64,000 nt of DNA from Octopus sinensis. Its lineage: Eukaryota. The translations under genes and the position numbers were made by a program. Below the pieces are notes generated by a model, which ran no database searches, was not told the origin of the DNA, and saw only the letters and a list, made by a program, of their open reading frames with translations. Location: positions 51,844,464-51,908,463 of the forward strand of contig NC_043011.1 of NCBI RefSeq assembly GCF_006345805.1. The letters are read 5' to 3'. Positions 1 through 11,970 of this stretch are shown here, piece after piece; within the stretch, counting starts at the first letter, position 1, and every line of letters starts with the position of its first letter.

Positions 1-649
1 TATGTGACTGAAATAAAGAAAAATGATTGCATTTCAGTCAAGTAAAGAAAAGATGTGTGTGTAGGTGCGTGTGCAAGCAAATATGCGCATGCATGGTGAT
101 GTTGACTTGCTATATTCTACTAAAGTGTTTTCAATACCATGTGTTATATGCAATTGCTGTTTATGTTTGGTGCAGGCATGGTTGAACAGTTGAGATCATT
201 TCCCAGTCATGAGGCACCTGGTTCAATTCTACAGAGTTCCATTAAGAAAAAGTAACTTCTACACTAGCTTCATGCTTATTCAAGGCTTAGGAAGGAAATG
301 TGTGTGTGCACGTGTGCATGCGTGTGCATGCATGCATGTCTGTGCACACACATATTGGTAGAGCCATTAAAACATCAGATGGAAAGCCTAACAGTATTCA
401 TTCATGCTATCTGTACACTGAGGTTAACTTTGCTTTCCATCTTTCAAGGACAATAAAGTACCACTTCAATAGTGGAGTGAATTCTTCTTCCCATTCTCTT
501 CTCCTCTGGAAATTGGCTGAGTTCAGATGGAGAGGGATGGATTCACCACATATAAAAATACTTGGGACACAACAAATATTATGGTGGCACCTGAAGAGCA
601 CTATCAGAAGCATGAGGGCTCAAAGAAGCAAGGCAAGAAGGATATCCAT

Positions 650-818
650 CTAATTCCTCGACTAGGGTCCATAAGCCCCCTGGGGAGTGGGGTCATGGTA
701 AGATTTTATTGTTAAAATTTGTGCAATAAATTGCTTATATTTATACAATACATGAAATATAAAAACTTTTTTTAATAAAATTCCTAATAATATTCAATCA
801 TAAAAAATACAATAAGAT

Positions 819-852
<34 letters not shown>

Positions 853-931
853 GTGAATGGCTATGGAGGTCCATCTGAGTAAAACAGGAATCAAAGGGGA
901 CCATAGATAAAAAAATGACTGAGAACCACTG
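650..931. mobile_element. hAT-like MITE, diverged copy with internal (TA)n
   Basis: Ends in GAGAACCACTG and shares internal sequence (taagatttt..ttgttaaaatttgtg..caataaa) with the cleaner copy at 20528-20744. The left TIR is decayed. Confidence 0.55.
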
Positions 932-974
932 ATCTAATATATCAGTATAGATCATCATCATCCTCATAATCATC

Positions 975-1195
975 ATTTTATTGTCACTTTTTCATGCTTG
1001 CATGAGTTGGACGGAGTTTGTTGAGCCAGATTTTCTATGGCCAGATGCCTTTCCTGTCAGCAACTCATATTTATTTACAAGCAAAGTAATATTTTCCCAT
1101 GGACAGATAAGTTTTTGCAGAATATTGGAAATGAATGCTGCTGCTTATATGGCAATGATATTCATTTACAACTATCAAGTGATGTTAATACACAA
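975..1195 (-). mobile_element. Body and tail fragment of composite SINE with RTE-like tail
   Basis: Contains ttttctatggccagatgcctttcctgtcagcaac...catttacaactatca, matching the copies at about 40290, 41180 and 60590. Confidence 0.65.
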
Positions 1196-2279
1196 ATGTA
1201 CAAATACATATAGGTAAATAGATAGATATAAATACATACATACATACACATACATATATACACATACATGTGTGTGTAAGTATATACATGCAAAGTTTAT
1301 TCATTTGTCTGAAGATTGTTTTGGAAAATGTTCCTTAACAAATGCTCCCTAAAGTTACACAGAATAATCTTTAAATACTTAACTCTACTCTTGTCTATGT
1401 GAAAACCTACAATTTACAATATAGTAAGTTATAAACTTAATACATTTGTAATTGCACCATTTATCAAGTTGTGCCCTTTTCTCATTTCATAAACATCAGG
1501 ATCTTCATTGATTTGCATCTTGAGAATACATTTTCCCCACCCCCACCCATACTTTTTGTCTATAAGGTGGCACTTAATCACTCAACTATGAGTCCACTGC
1601 ATCTTTACAGCAGAAACAACTGTAAGCAAATGAAGTTCTTGAGATAATCATTTATTCCTTTTGTCATCTCAATTTCTTATTACTGCTCTGCACTCAACTA
1701 ACCCTTCATTCCGAAGCACAGGTATATTGAGTTCTGTACCAAGTTATTAGTATCACAACACTTAAATGAAATATTAAAATACACACACACACATAAATAT
1801 ATATATATATATTGACCGACCAGGCTATCAGATGTTGCTACACATCGCTGGTCACAATGCGTTTGCATTGTTTTAGCCTTCGAATGACGCCACCCCGCTG
1901 GCTAAGCAAGCAGGCCATATATATATATATAAAGAAGAGAGTAAAACAACCCAAAAACCCAGAAAAGAAAATGTTGCTGTCCCCTGCTCACTTCCATTTC
2001 TTAAAACAGACAATACCACCCGGGTTATTCCCTATGTTATAAAATGTATGAGAGAGAGAGAGAGAATGGGGGTGGCATGAGATGATGGGTGACTGGCAGG
2101 CTGGAAAAGGAAAGAAGAATGGAAGTGAAGAATGTGAAAGGAATACAGGAACATATTCAGAAATAGACAATCAGGACTTCCATTTCCGAAGAGAACAACA
2201 CATTCCTGAAAAAGAGAACCAGCTTGACTTCTTATCTATTTCTCTACCTCCATCATCATTTTCTCATCAGTTAGAACAT

Positions 2280-2321
<42 letters not shown>

Positions 2322-2401
2322 ACAACTCACTCATTCATTTCCTCTAATTCTAATACATCAATGTGTATACATTATTTGTAAGTATGTAAACATACAGTTA
2401 C

Positions 2402-2448
<47 letters not shown>

Positions 2449-2856
2449 TACATAACAATGGTTTCTAACATTGGCAGAAGGCCATACATTTCAAGGGAGG
2501 TAACAGCTGATTAAACTGACCCCCAGTACTGGTGATTTGCTTTATCAACCACTCAAGCATGAATGTCAAAGCAAACAAACCTCAGGAGAATTTGAAGTGT
2601 AAATGTAAAGGGAGGTATAACTAAAAGAAAATAACTCAAGGCATTTTGTCCAGTGTCCAGTGTTCTATAGATTTATCTTCACATTAACAAATGTACAGTA
2701 ACCGTATATGTATGTGAGCACTGAAGTCAAACGCTTCTTAGTGTACATGAAATATATATGCTTTTTTATGTCAAGTTATGTATAAAAACAGTTTAACATG
2801 AAACTGAAGGATTACTCAACACTTTTCAGTATAAAGAATAGAGTACCTGTTTAATT

Positions 2857-3085
2857 AACCATTTAGCATTTAAACAGGCCATATCCGGCCAAAATTTTCT
2901 GTATGTTTTATGTTCAAACTGGCTGAATATGGGCCCTCACACTAATCCTACAATGACTTTCTAAAATTTAACAGTTACATCACCAAATTCTTGAAGCTAG
3001 GACATAATGCATGGGTTAATTCAAATCAATATCAATAAATAAGCATTAAATTTGGCAGTGTAAGCTGAATGTTAAGGGCTTAAGT
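2857..3085. mobile_element. piggyBac-like MITE, diverged copy
   Basis: ttaaccatttagcatttaaac...gaatgttaagggcttaa; same family as 23176-23394, in the opposite orientation. Confidence 0.65.
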
Positions 3086-3676
3086 TTTTACAAAGAAAAG
3101 GTTGACAGTGACTTCAAAGCTTGGTCAATGCAATAACCACTATACACATGGCTGAAAGACTATGGTGTTGACCTCTTGATAGGGCTGGTTACATACTGTG
3201 TGTCCTTAAGAAAATCACCTAATTTCACATTACTTCAGTCTACTGAGCAGAAAGTGAGTACCAGCTTGGTGCTGATGCAGCTCTCTTCCTTACAGCTAAC
3301 GCATTACACATCTTCAATGGTCCCTTGGATCAAGTAGGGGGGGGGGGCAAGTGTGTGCGTCTAACTCTCCTTGTGGTTACATAGGCATCTAAAACAATTA
3401 GCAAAAGCATGGTACAAGCTGCTAGGTCACACCCACTTGTGAGGGACAATTAAGCGTGTATGCATGAGTTGTGTATATATGCAGGTCTTTGTATGTACCA
3501 TGTCCTCGCATTGTATTTTTCTTGTCAATTTTTCTCCATTTTTTTTTTTTTATTAATTATATATATATATATATATATTGTACATACACAAATATTTGAA
3601 TAAAGGGGAATTATTGCAAATAGAGACAAACAGACATCTAGAAAGATAGATGATATACAGATGAACACATATTAGT

Positions 3677-4084
3677 TTACTCTTTTACTCTTTTACTTGT
3701 TTCAGTCATTTGACTGCGGCCATGGAGCACCGCCTTTAATCGAGCATCTCGACCCCAGGACTTATTCTTTTGTAAGCCCAGTACTTATTCTATCAGTCTC
3801 TTTTGCCGAACCGCTAAGTAACGGGGACATAAACACACCAGCATCGGTTGTCAAGCAATGCTAGGGGACAAACACAGACACACAAACACACACACGCATA
3901 TATATATATATATACATATAAACGATGAGCTTCTTTCAGTTTCCGTCTACCAAATCCACTCACAAGGCTTGGTCGGCCCGAGGCTATAGTAGAAGACACT
4001 TGCCCAAGGTGCCATGCAGTGGGACTGAACCCGGAACCATGTGGTTGGTAAACAAGCTACCTACCACACAGCCACTCCTGTGCC
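3677..4084 (-). mobile_element. tRNA-headed SINE, family A, full length
   Basis: Minus-strand head GGCACAGGAGTGGCTGTGTGGT...GGTTCAGTCCC (Pol III A/B-box-like), internal (TA)/(CA) tract and (AAAAGAGT)n tail. Near-identical to 37293-37705 and 56439-56846. Confidence 0.9.
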
Positions 4085-4635
4085 ATGTAGATATTTCCTC
4101 AAATGAGTAAATATGTTTTTGTGGGTTGTGGACATGTGAAAATTTAAGAGATTGGATGAGAAAATGAGTTTGTATGTGAGTTGTAGAGACAAAATGCTTG
4201 CATTGACAGAGAAAGCTGTATGAGAGTGAGTTAAAACAATATGAGTGATGTATAAACGAATCAGTTGCCAGGAAGGTGGGTGATTGGGAGCGACAGGGGA
4301 GATTTAATGTGTACTGTAAATAAATATGAATGTATGAAAATGTAATTGTGTTTGATTTCTACAACAGTCTCTTTCTCTCTCCTCTCCACACACACACACA
4401 TACTCATAACACACATTTACATGATTCTGGCTTCTATCAAACTAGAGATCTCTGGATTGAAATTAAAATGAAACACCAGCTATTAACCAATCTCCTGACC
4501 ATAAAAAAAAAGAGAGAAAGAAATGAAGACAATACTACAAAGAAATATATATAATATATATAACATCATTTAATGTTCATCTTCCATAGTAGCATAGACT
4601 GGATGGTTTAACAGGATCTGACAAGCCAAGCTCCA

Positions 4636-4785
4636 ATCATCATCATCATTTAACGTCCGTTTTCCGCGCTAGCACGGGTTGGACGGTTCGACCGGGGTCT
4701 GGGGAGCCAGGGGCTGCTCCAGGCTCCAGTCTGATCTGGCAGTGTTTCTACAGCTGGATGCCCTTCCTAACGCCAACCACTCCGA
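4636..4785 (-). mobile_element. 5'-truncated 3' end of RTE LINE
   Basis: (CAT)n tail plus ttaacgtccgttttcc...ctggatgcccttcctaacgccaaccac; matches the 3' end of the long copy at 57675-59200. Confidence 0.85.
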
Positions 4786-5319
4786 TGCTATATATATACT
4801 ATTTATTAAAGCCCCCCACCTCAAAATCTTCACAAACTGTTACTCAGAGTTTCATGTGACCATTTGTAAGACCCTTGCAATAATATGAAGTTACATAAAG
4901 TACTTATTCTATCAGTCTCTTTTGCCGAACCGCTCAGTTACAGGGACATAAACACACCAGCCTCCCTACACCTAAGCTTTATTTTTAATTTTAATTCACA
5001 ACTCAAAAATATTAATATGCAAACAGAATTTCCTGAAGGGAGAGAGAATAGTAATACAAGATATATTTTTGTTAATCTAATATATGATACTTCATTGATG
5101 TTTTCTCAGCATAACCTTCTAGAACTCCTGGTTTTAATGTTACAGTAAAATGATAATAGTGAACAACGAATGGCATAGAATTTTGAGTTCTGATACTCTG
5201 GTTTTGTTTCCATTTCACTGTTTCTGAGAAAGATTTCTGTCTTCAGCTTTGGAACACTATATCATCACTTTGCACAGTATCTTTATTTAAATATATTCTT
5301 GTGTACATAATGTGTGGGC

Positions 5320-5424
5320 ATGTGTGTGTGTGTGTGTGTAATGTGAGAGAATGTGTGTTTATGCGAGGGTCTGCATGTATGCGTATATATGTGTATGTGT
5401 TAGATGATGTGTTTGTGCATATAT

Positions 5425-5477
<53 letters not shown>

Positions 5478-5630
5478 CATACATATATATATATACATAC
5501 ATATATATATACATACATATATATATATATATACATACATATATATATATATACATACATATATATATATATATATACATACATATATATATATACATAC
5601 ATACACATATATATACATACATACATACAG
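5320..5630. repeat. Compound (TG)n/(CA)n/(TA)n/(TACA)n microsatellite
   Basis: Read directly from the sequence; it explains the YIYI-type ORFs in the track. Confidence 0.95.
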
Positions 5631-6184
5631 TCTGTCTCACATTTCTTTGTAGGAGGAGGAGGACTTGTTTCAACAACAAAACATTAGTCTCTTCGTCTCT
5701 CCATCACCAACATACATTTCTTATTTATATTTGCTATCTGAATCACGTTGACTGCAGGCCATCATTAACTTTCCAGTTCCAATGACTATCTTCATAAAAT
5801 GTCACACAATCGCTATCAAAGTGATGCCTTCAGAGTCTGAATACATTCGCAGTATTTACTTTCACATCACATGGTTCTTAGTTCAAATCCCAACGGAGTC
5901 AACTCCTCTCTCAACAGATATAGAGGTTGTAAAATAAATACTAGTCATAGATATACGCTGGGATGTGAGACACAGAATATGTTGCGAGATAGCATATGTG
6001 TATAGCCTGGCTCAATAAAAGATATGAAGGTCATGGCTGGAACAACTAAAATTACCGACCAAGATTGAGCAAACCTACTATCAATGGTGTTCCAGCTGTG
6101 ATCATCGTCTCTTTTGTTCCACTGTTGCATATAGCTAACGAAATAAATCTCCCTCAAATCTCAAATAATTCCTTAGAAGAATAA

Positions 6185-6312
6185 GAATAAGAATAAAAAG
6201 GAGGAGGAGGAGGGGGAGGGGAGGGGGGGAGATGAAGAGGGGGAGGGGAGGCGGATGGGGGAGGAGAAGGATGAGGGGAGGGGAGGAGGCGGCGGATGGG
6301 GAGGGGAGGAGG
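6185..6312 (+). repeat. Purine-only GGA/GGGGA tract
   Basis: Many G3-G7 runs separated by short A-rich linkers, preceded by (AATAAG)n. Confidence 0.85.
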
Positions 6313-6317
6313 AACTT

Positions 6318-7090
6318 TTGCATGGTCAGTTTTGGAAAGTTTTTTGAGGATGCATGTGGAACCACGACAAACAGCTTGAGGAAATATGGATATGAGGAGA
6401 ATGTGTCAGCAAAATGGAGAGTGTGTGGAATTTGGGATGAGACAATGGCACACATTGTTGCAGAATGTCCCAAGTTGGCTCAGAGAGAATATAAGAAGTA
6501 GAGGCATGACTAAGTTGTGAAAGTTTTTGCACTGGAAGCTTTGTCAGAAATGAAGGCTTGAAGCTGAAAGTACTTGGTGTAATCATCAGGTAAAAAGAGT
6601 GCTTGAGTCACAGAAATGCAAGATTTTATAGGATTTTCCAATTCAAATTGATAAGAAGATAGAAAATAATAAACCAGATATAACAATAATAGACAAGGAA
6701 AAGCAAAGTTGTTTACTAATTGGTCCCTCATGCCCATTTGATTCCAGGATTGTAAAGAAAGAAGATGAAAAATTTTTTAAATATGATCCCTTAAAATTCG
6801 AAATTGTGAGAATTTGGGATATGAAAACTGTAAAGGTTGTGTCAATAATTGGTGCATGAGGGACTGTGAATAATGATATCGACAGATGGTTGAAGGTGAT
6901 TGGAATGGAATGTCCTGTAGAGCTTCTGTAGAATGTTGGCCTCGGAGGCACATGAAAGATTATCAGAAGGGTTTTGAGTACTTGACAGGTAGTAACCAGC
7001 TACCCACATAAACTCTACTGAGAATAAGACCAAACCTGAGTCAAATCAAACAACAATAACAAAGATGACAACAACAACAACAAATAGAAT
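6318..7090 (+). mobile_element. 3' fragment of R4/Dong-like non-LTR retrotransposon with restriction-like endonuclease, pseudogenised
   Basis: Translation across stops and frameshifts gives HGQFW; WRVCGIWDETMAHIVAECPKLAQREYKK*RHD (degenerate CCHC knuckle); and PDITIIDKEKQSCLLIGPSCPFDSRIVKKEDEKFFKYDPLKFEI (PD-(D/E)xK-type RLE). It ends in a (CAA)n-like tail. Confidence 0.85.
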
Positions 7091-8835
7091 AAAATAAATT
7101 TTAAAAAACATGGTTCTGGAAATTCTAGGACCATATTCTCAAAGACAAGTCCTTGTAATTTACAAAACTTTGAGTTTTTGTAGATGACATTCTACAAAAA
7201 CTTAAGTGAGGCCTATATAGTAAATTGCTCCCACATTTGAGAGCGCTGCTGCTGCAGTATCCCAGACAGCACTCAGAACAGCCATTTAACCAAGTGGCAT
7301 CAAATCACTCACAGACACATTCTAGTCCTTGGCTCACAAGAATACTGTCACATTTTCTCTCTCTCTTCTCTCCACCAGCAACTTCAATGGTCTCTGATCC
7401 CCAGAGATGCCAGGTCTGGTCTCACCCCTACTCAGGTATTCCTGACCTACTCATCTCTTTTTCCCTCATCACCCATACTGTTTCAACCCTACAGGCTCAG
7501 TACTAGTTACTACACCTAGTTTTTTACTCCTTTGAATATCATCACTCTGGATTTTCCTCCCTACTCTTGCCTTTCCTACAGGGGTTAACTTGCAACACTT
7601 CATGAACAACATTAAGAGCGTCAATCTCACCAGTCTACAAGGGCCCGTAAAGACCATGTTCATACTATTCTTGCCTCAAGACCCAGTAAGTAATAAAATA
7701 TGTCTGGGAGAGCCATATTTGAAATGTTTTTAACTATTCATAAGTCTATGAAATCTGCACTGTCTCAGAATTAAACAAGAACAAAAAATAATCATCACCC
7801 ACTACCAGTCAACAAAATAACTCTGACATGGTCATTCAATCTCATAGAAATAGCATCCAAATCTCCTTCAAATCACACTACCGAACAAAAAAGTTGGTGG
7901 GGAGGGCACATTGGAAATGTAGTCATAGATATACTGTCTGAATTTTGAAAAAAGTAATAAAAAAAAAATGCGACTGGAATATCTTTGATCAAAGGTGTGT
8001 TCAATCAAGGTTGACCTGGCGGGTGCTAAACAACGTCACGCACGCACAAAATTACAGCACAAAAAATCCAATCCACATACATGTTGAAGTGCGTGTCTAG
8101 AAAATGCTACAACCTTTCTTTCCTTTCTCATTCTTTTTTAGGTGGTGGTGGAAACCTAACCACCAAAATTCTAATTACATACTTGTGTAACTTCAATCAG
8201 TAAAAACATTACAAAGCAATTGTTCATATTTTAATTTTTACACTTTAAATATTTCGTTTATAATTAGTCATCCATTTAATTATATTTTATACCTGTATAC
8301 ATTTATATATTCATTTATTACAGGCAGCATTTTTTTTTTTATATATATAAAAATAATTATTATGATATCATTAATTTAGGATGATGTTCAGTAAAAATTA
8401 TATTTCGAATTTATGCACCAAAGTGAGAAAACAGAGCAAGGGGAAGGGGAGAAACTTGGAGAATGGTAGATGATATTTTTATATGAATACCTAGATATAA
8501 TTATACATTATATGAGTGTCTATGTACATGTACAAACATGTAGGTAATGTGTGTGTATGTGTATACATACATACACATATAGAGAGAAAGAAAGAGGGGA
8601 AGAGAGAAAGGGAGAGATAGATGTAGATATATCTGACTGTACACATCTGAAGATGAAAATGCATATCTGTGCCTATGAAACTTTGAATAATGTAGAACTC
8701 AATCAACCTATTACAATACCAACTATGTGTTGAGAACTACTTTCATATGTTCACCTACCTGTGTGTGTGTGTGTGTCTGTGTGTCTGTCTGTCTGTGTGT
8801 ATATATAAGTATGTATGTGAGTGTGTGTGTATCTT

Positions 8836-9186
8836 TTATCTCTTACATTTTTTTCTTGCTTCAGTCTTTGGATATGCTGGCACCACCTTGAAGTGTTTAG
8901 CCAAATAAATCAACCCCAGTCTGGTGCTAATTCTATTGGTCACTTTTTGCCAAATCACTAAGTAACAAGGATATAAACAAACCAACACCAACTGTGAAGT
9001 AGTTTGGGGAACAAATCCAAACACACATATATATGATGGGCTTCTTTCAATTCCCACTAATCAATCCAATTCACAAAATATTGGTCGACCTGAGGGTATT
9101 TCTGGAAGACACTTGCCCAAAGTGCAGCACAGTGGGACTGAACCCAAGACCACATGGTTGAGAAGCAAACTTCTTACCACACAGCC
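8836..9186 (-). mobile_element. Diverged family-A-type SINE
   Basis: Contains gaagacacttgcccaaagtg...gggactgaaccc...accacacagcc head and a cttgcttcagtc tail. Confidence 0.75.
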
Positions 9187-9234
9187 TATATATATATATG
9201 TATATATATTAGTGTGGGGTGAGAACTAAGTTAC

Positions 9235-9335
9235 CTCCCATACAATGTCCACTTTGCATTTCTGTCTTGCAAGTAAAATAAAACAAGTATTAGACAAAGT
9301 TCTGAAACCAAAATAATCAATATAGTCTGCAGCAT
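9235..9335 (-). CDS. Candidate first coding exon of a minus-strand gene with hydrophobic N-terminus (MLQTILIILVSELCLILVLFYLQDRNAKWTLYG)
   Basis: GTGGCCATGC start context with an upstream in-frame stop, donor GAG|GTAACT at 9234, and acceptor TCTTGCCTTTTTAG at 9554-9555. A second frame is also open through the same exon, so the frame is uncertain. Confidence 0.3.
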
Positions 9336-9809
9336 GGCCACAGCACAACGACTGGAGCCATGAGGTATACCAATGAAAGACACAAGATACAAGCATCAGC
9401 AAAGAAAACTGATAAATTGGTGCTTTCAAAAAATACACTTTGGTGTATTTGTTCTGCCCGAGTAACATAGGTGCTCCTCAATCATTCTTACTATCATAAA
9501 TGAGTAAACCAGAGATTTCTCATTGGAAGCCTACAAATCTCAATGCTGTTGTTCTAAAAAGGCAAGATAAAAATAAATATAATAAAAACATGGTCTTTAT
9601 GTAATGTCGGGTCATGCATTGAAACAGTCCCCTTGCTTTTTATTTATCTTTTTCCTTGTAGGAGAAATGATCTTTTTGCATTTTTGTGATATTTTGTGGA
9701 GTACTACAGAGTTGGTTTCAAGCTGTTGTATTCTGGTTCTTGTTTGGTCCTAGATTAGTTCCTCATTAAAAAGATCTATGTTCAAAGTGTCCTAATCTTA
9801 TGAGCCTGT

Positions 9810-10160
9810 GTATGTATATGTATGTGTGTGCATGTCTATATATGTGTATATGTATGCATATATATATTTATGTATGAATATATATATATATATTTATACA
9901 TGTATACATGTTTATATATATATATATACACACATGTACAAATGTGTATGTGTGTATGTATGGATGGATATGTATTCTGTCTGTATGTAAATATACATAT
10001 ACACATACATACATGTTCATGCATACATATACTCATATATACACGGCTGTGTGTATATGTTTGTGTGTATGTGTACATATATATATATATATACATACAT
10101 GCATAAAATGTGTGTGTATATGTATGTATGTATGTATGTGTCTTTGTATGTAATCTATAC
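9810..10160. repeat. Cryptic TA/TG/CA microsatellite block
   Basis: Read directly from the sequence. Confidence 0.9.
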
Positions 10161-10361
10161 TTACATGGTGTGCTGTTATGTATGCCATAACTTAATGATT
10201 AAAACTGAAAGGTGGAAAGCAAGTCCACTACATCATATGACTAACTGTTGCAATAATGGTATTAACACAGGGTGATTTGAGATCGGAGTCAGCATTAACA
10301 AGCACATTCATCAACAACAACAGCATCAACAAATAAATCCTACACAGAGAGGCGGGTGGAG

Positions 10362-10458
10362 TCAGAGGGTTCCGTTTACTGTGACATAAACAGGGGCGGC
10401 ATCGACAATGATAAAGGCCATTTTCAGTTTGCCGAAGTCATCTGGAGAAACCTTCATA
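10362..10458 (-). other. Candidate minus-strand exon (MKVSPDDFGKLKMAFIIVDAAPVYVTVNGTL* in its only open frame)
   Basis: Strong acceptor TTCTTTTGTTACTTCAG; a non-repetitive, GC/CpG-richer patch between microsatellites. No convincing donor and no recognised homology. Confidence 0.25.
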
Positions 10459-10479
10459 CTGAAGTAACAAAAGAAGCAG

Positions 10480-10559
10480 ACACACACACACACATTTGTA
10501 TTCAGTTCGACACACACACACACAGATGTGTCTGTGTATAACTGTTTATATATATACAC

Positions 10560-10606
<47 letters not shown>

Positions 10607-10700
10607 CAAACCCATTTCTGATGTATGTTTATATATATGTGTGTAAGTGTGTTGTGTGCATGTATGTATGTGTATACACACACACACACACACACACAAA
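10480..10700. repeat. (CA)n/(TA)n microsatellite block
   Basis: Read directly from the sequence. Confidence 0.9.
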
Positions 10701-11195
10701 ACTTTCAACCTTATTTAACCTGCCCACCCATGTTATTCCATAACCCAATGTTTCGGAGAGACTAAATGTTCTATTGGAAATTATTACCCACCACCTCTTC
10801 TAATTAACAAATAAATCAAAAAAACAGCCAACAAGAAAGATCTATGTAGTTGCTTTACTGTCTGGAAATAGCAGCTATGTGCCCCTACATATCACATTCC
10901 ACTGTGTAAGGACGGGGAGGAATAGTTTAGACAAAGTCTACTAAATGCACTGTCAATCAGACAAAAGGTATCAGATTGGTAAGACTGGAAGAATTCTGAT
11001 CTTAAATTTCCTCAATCATGGCTGATTCAGGTTTAAATAACATAAACAACAAAATTTAAAAAATTTTTCAGCAATCCATTCTTAATATAGTCATTTGATT
11101 TGTTAAAGATGTCACCTAAATCTTTCTCACATTATGTCCTACTGTCCTGAAAACAGGAAGACACATCACATTATGTAATCCTAGATATACTGTTC

Positions 11196-11388
11196 CTCTC
11201 TTTCTCTTTTACTTGTTTCAGTCATTTGACTGCGGCCATGCTGGAGCACCGCCTTTAGTCGAGCAAATCGACCCCGGGACTTATTCTTTGTAAGCCCAGT
11301 ACTTATTCTATCGGTCTCTTTGGCCGAACCGCTAAGTGACGGGGACATCAACACACCAGCATCGGTTGTCAAGCGATGCTAGGGGGAC
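11196..11388 (-). mobile_element. Family A SINE, 3' half
   Basis: acttgtttcagtcatttgactgcggccatgctggagcaccgcc...gccgaaccgctaag; near-identical to the 3677 copy. Confidence 0.9.
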
Positions 11389-11740
11389 GTCTAAAAAAAA
11401 AAGAAAGAAAGAAATATCAGATATTTATGACTGGAATAGTATGCTCATAGGTCAGCTTTACTGAGATGAAACTGGGAACTCAATAATGACTAATTTTAAT
11501 GTACATCTCTATTTGTTGCTTATTCACTTAAAACTTGTTTTTCCATGCTCACAGAATAAGAAGACTTGCTGCCTGACAACAAATTTGCAGCTACTGCAGA
11601 TGAAACCACTGCAATAGCAATCTGCTTCAGTGAATATACTTTTTGCCAAAATATGGTTGATCAAAGAAGTTTTGCCTGTTTCACCAGAATCATGCAGGAA
11701 AACTATTTCTCTTTGGTTACATGTTACCAGTTATTTTAAA

Positions 11741-11970
11741 GGCAGAGAGCTGGCAGAATCGTTAGCACGCTGGACGAAATGCATAGCGGTATTTCGCCCG
11801 CCACTACGTTCTGAGTTCAAATTCCGCCAAGGTCAACTTTGCCTTTTATCCTTTCAGGATCAATAAATAAAGTACCGGTTATGAACTAAAGTCGATGTAA
11901 TCGACTTAATCCCTTTGTCTGTCCTGTTTGTCCCCTTTATGTTTAGCCCCTTGTGGGCAATAAAGAAATA
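11741..11970 (+). mobile_element. SINE family B, young copy
   Basis: GGCAGAGAGCTGGCAGAATCGTTAGCACG...GAGTTCAAATTCC (B-box-like)...gtcgatgtaatcgac...caataaagaaata; CpGs retained. Confidence 0.9.

Noticed and set aside
543-590. Minus-strand exon candidate GATIIFVVSQVFLYV (TM-like); similar candidates near 2196 and 4494
   Set aside because: The phases could not be chained into a consistent ORF with the 9235 exon, and the candidate near 4494 has stops in all frames.
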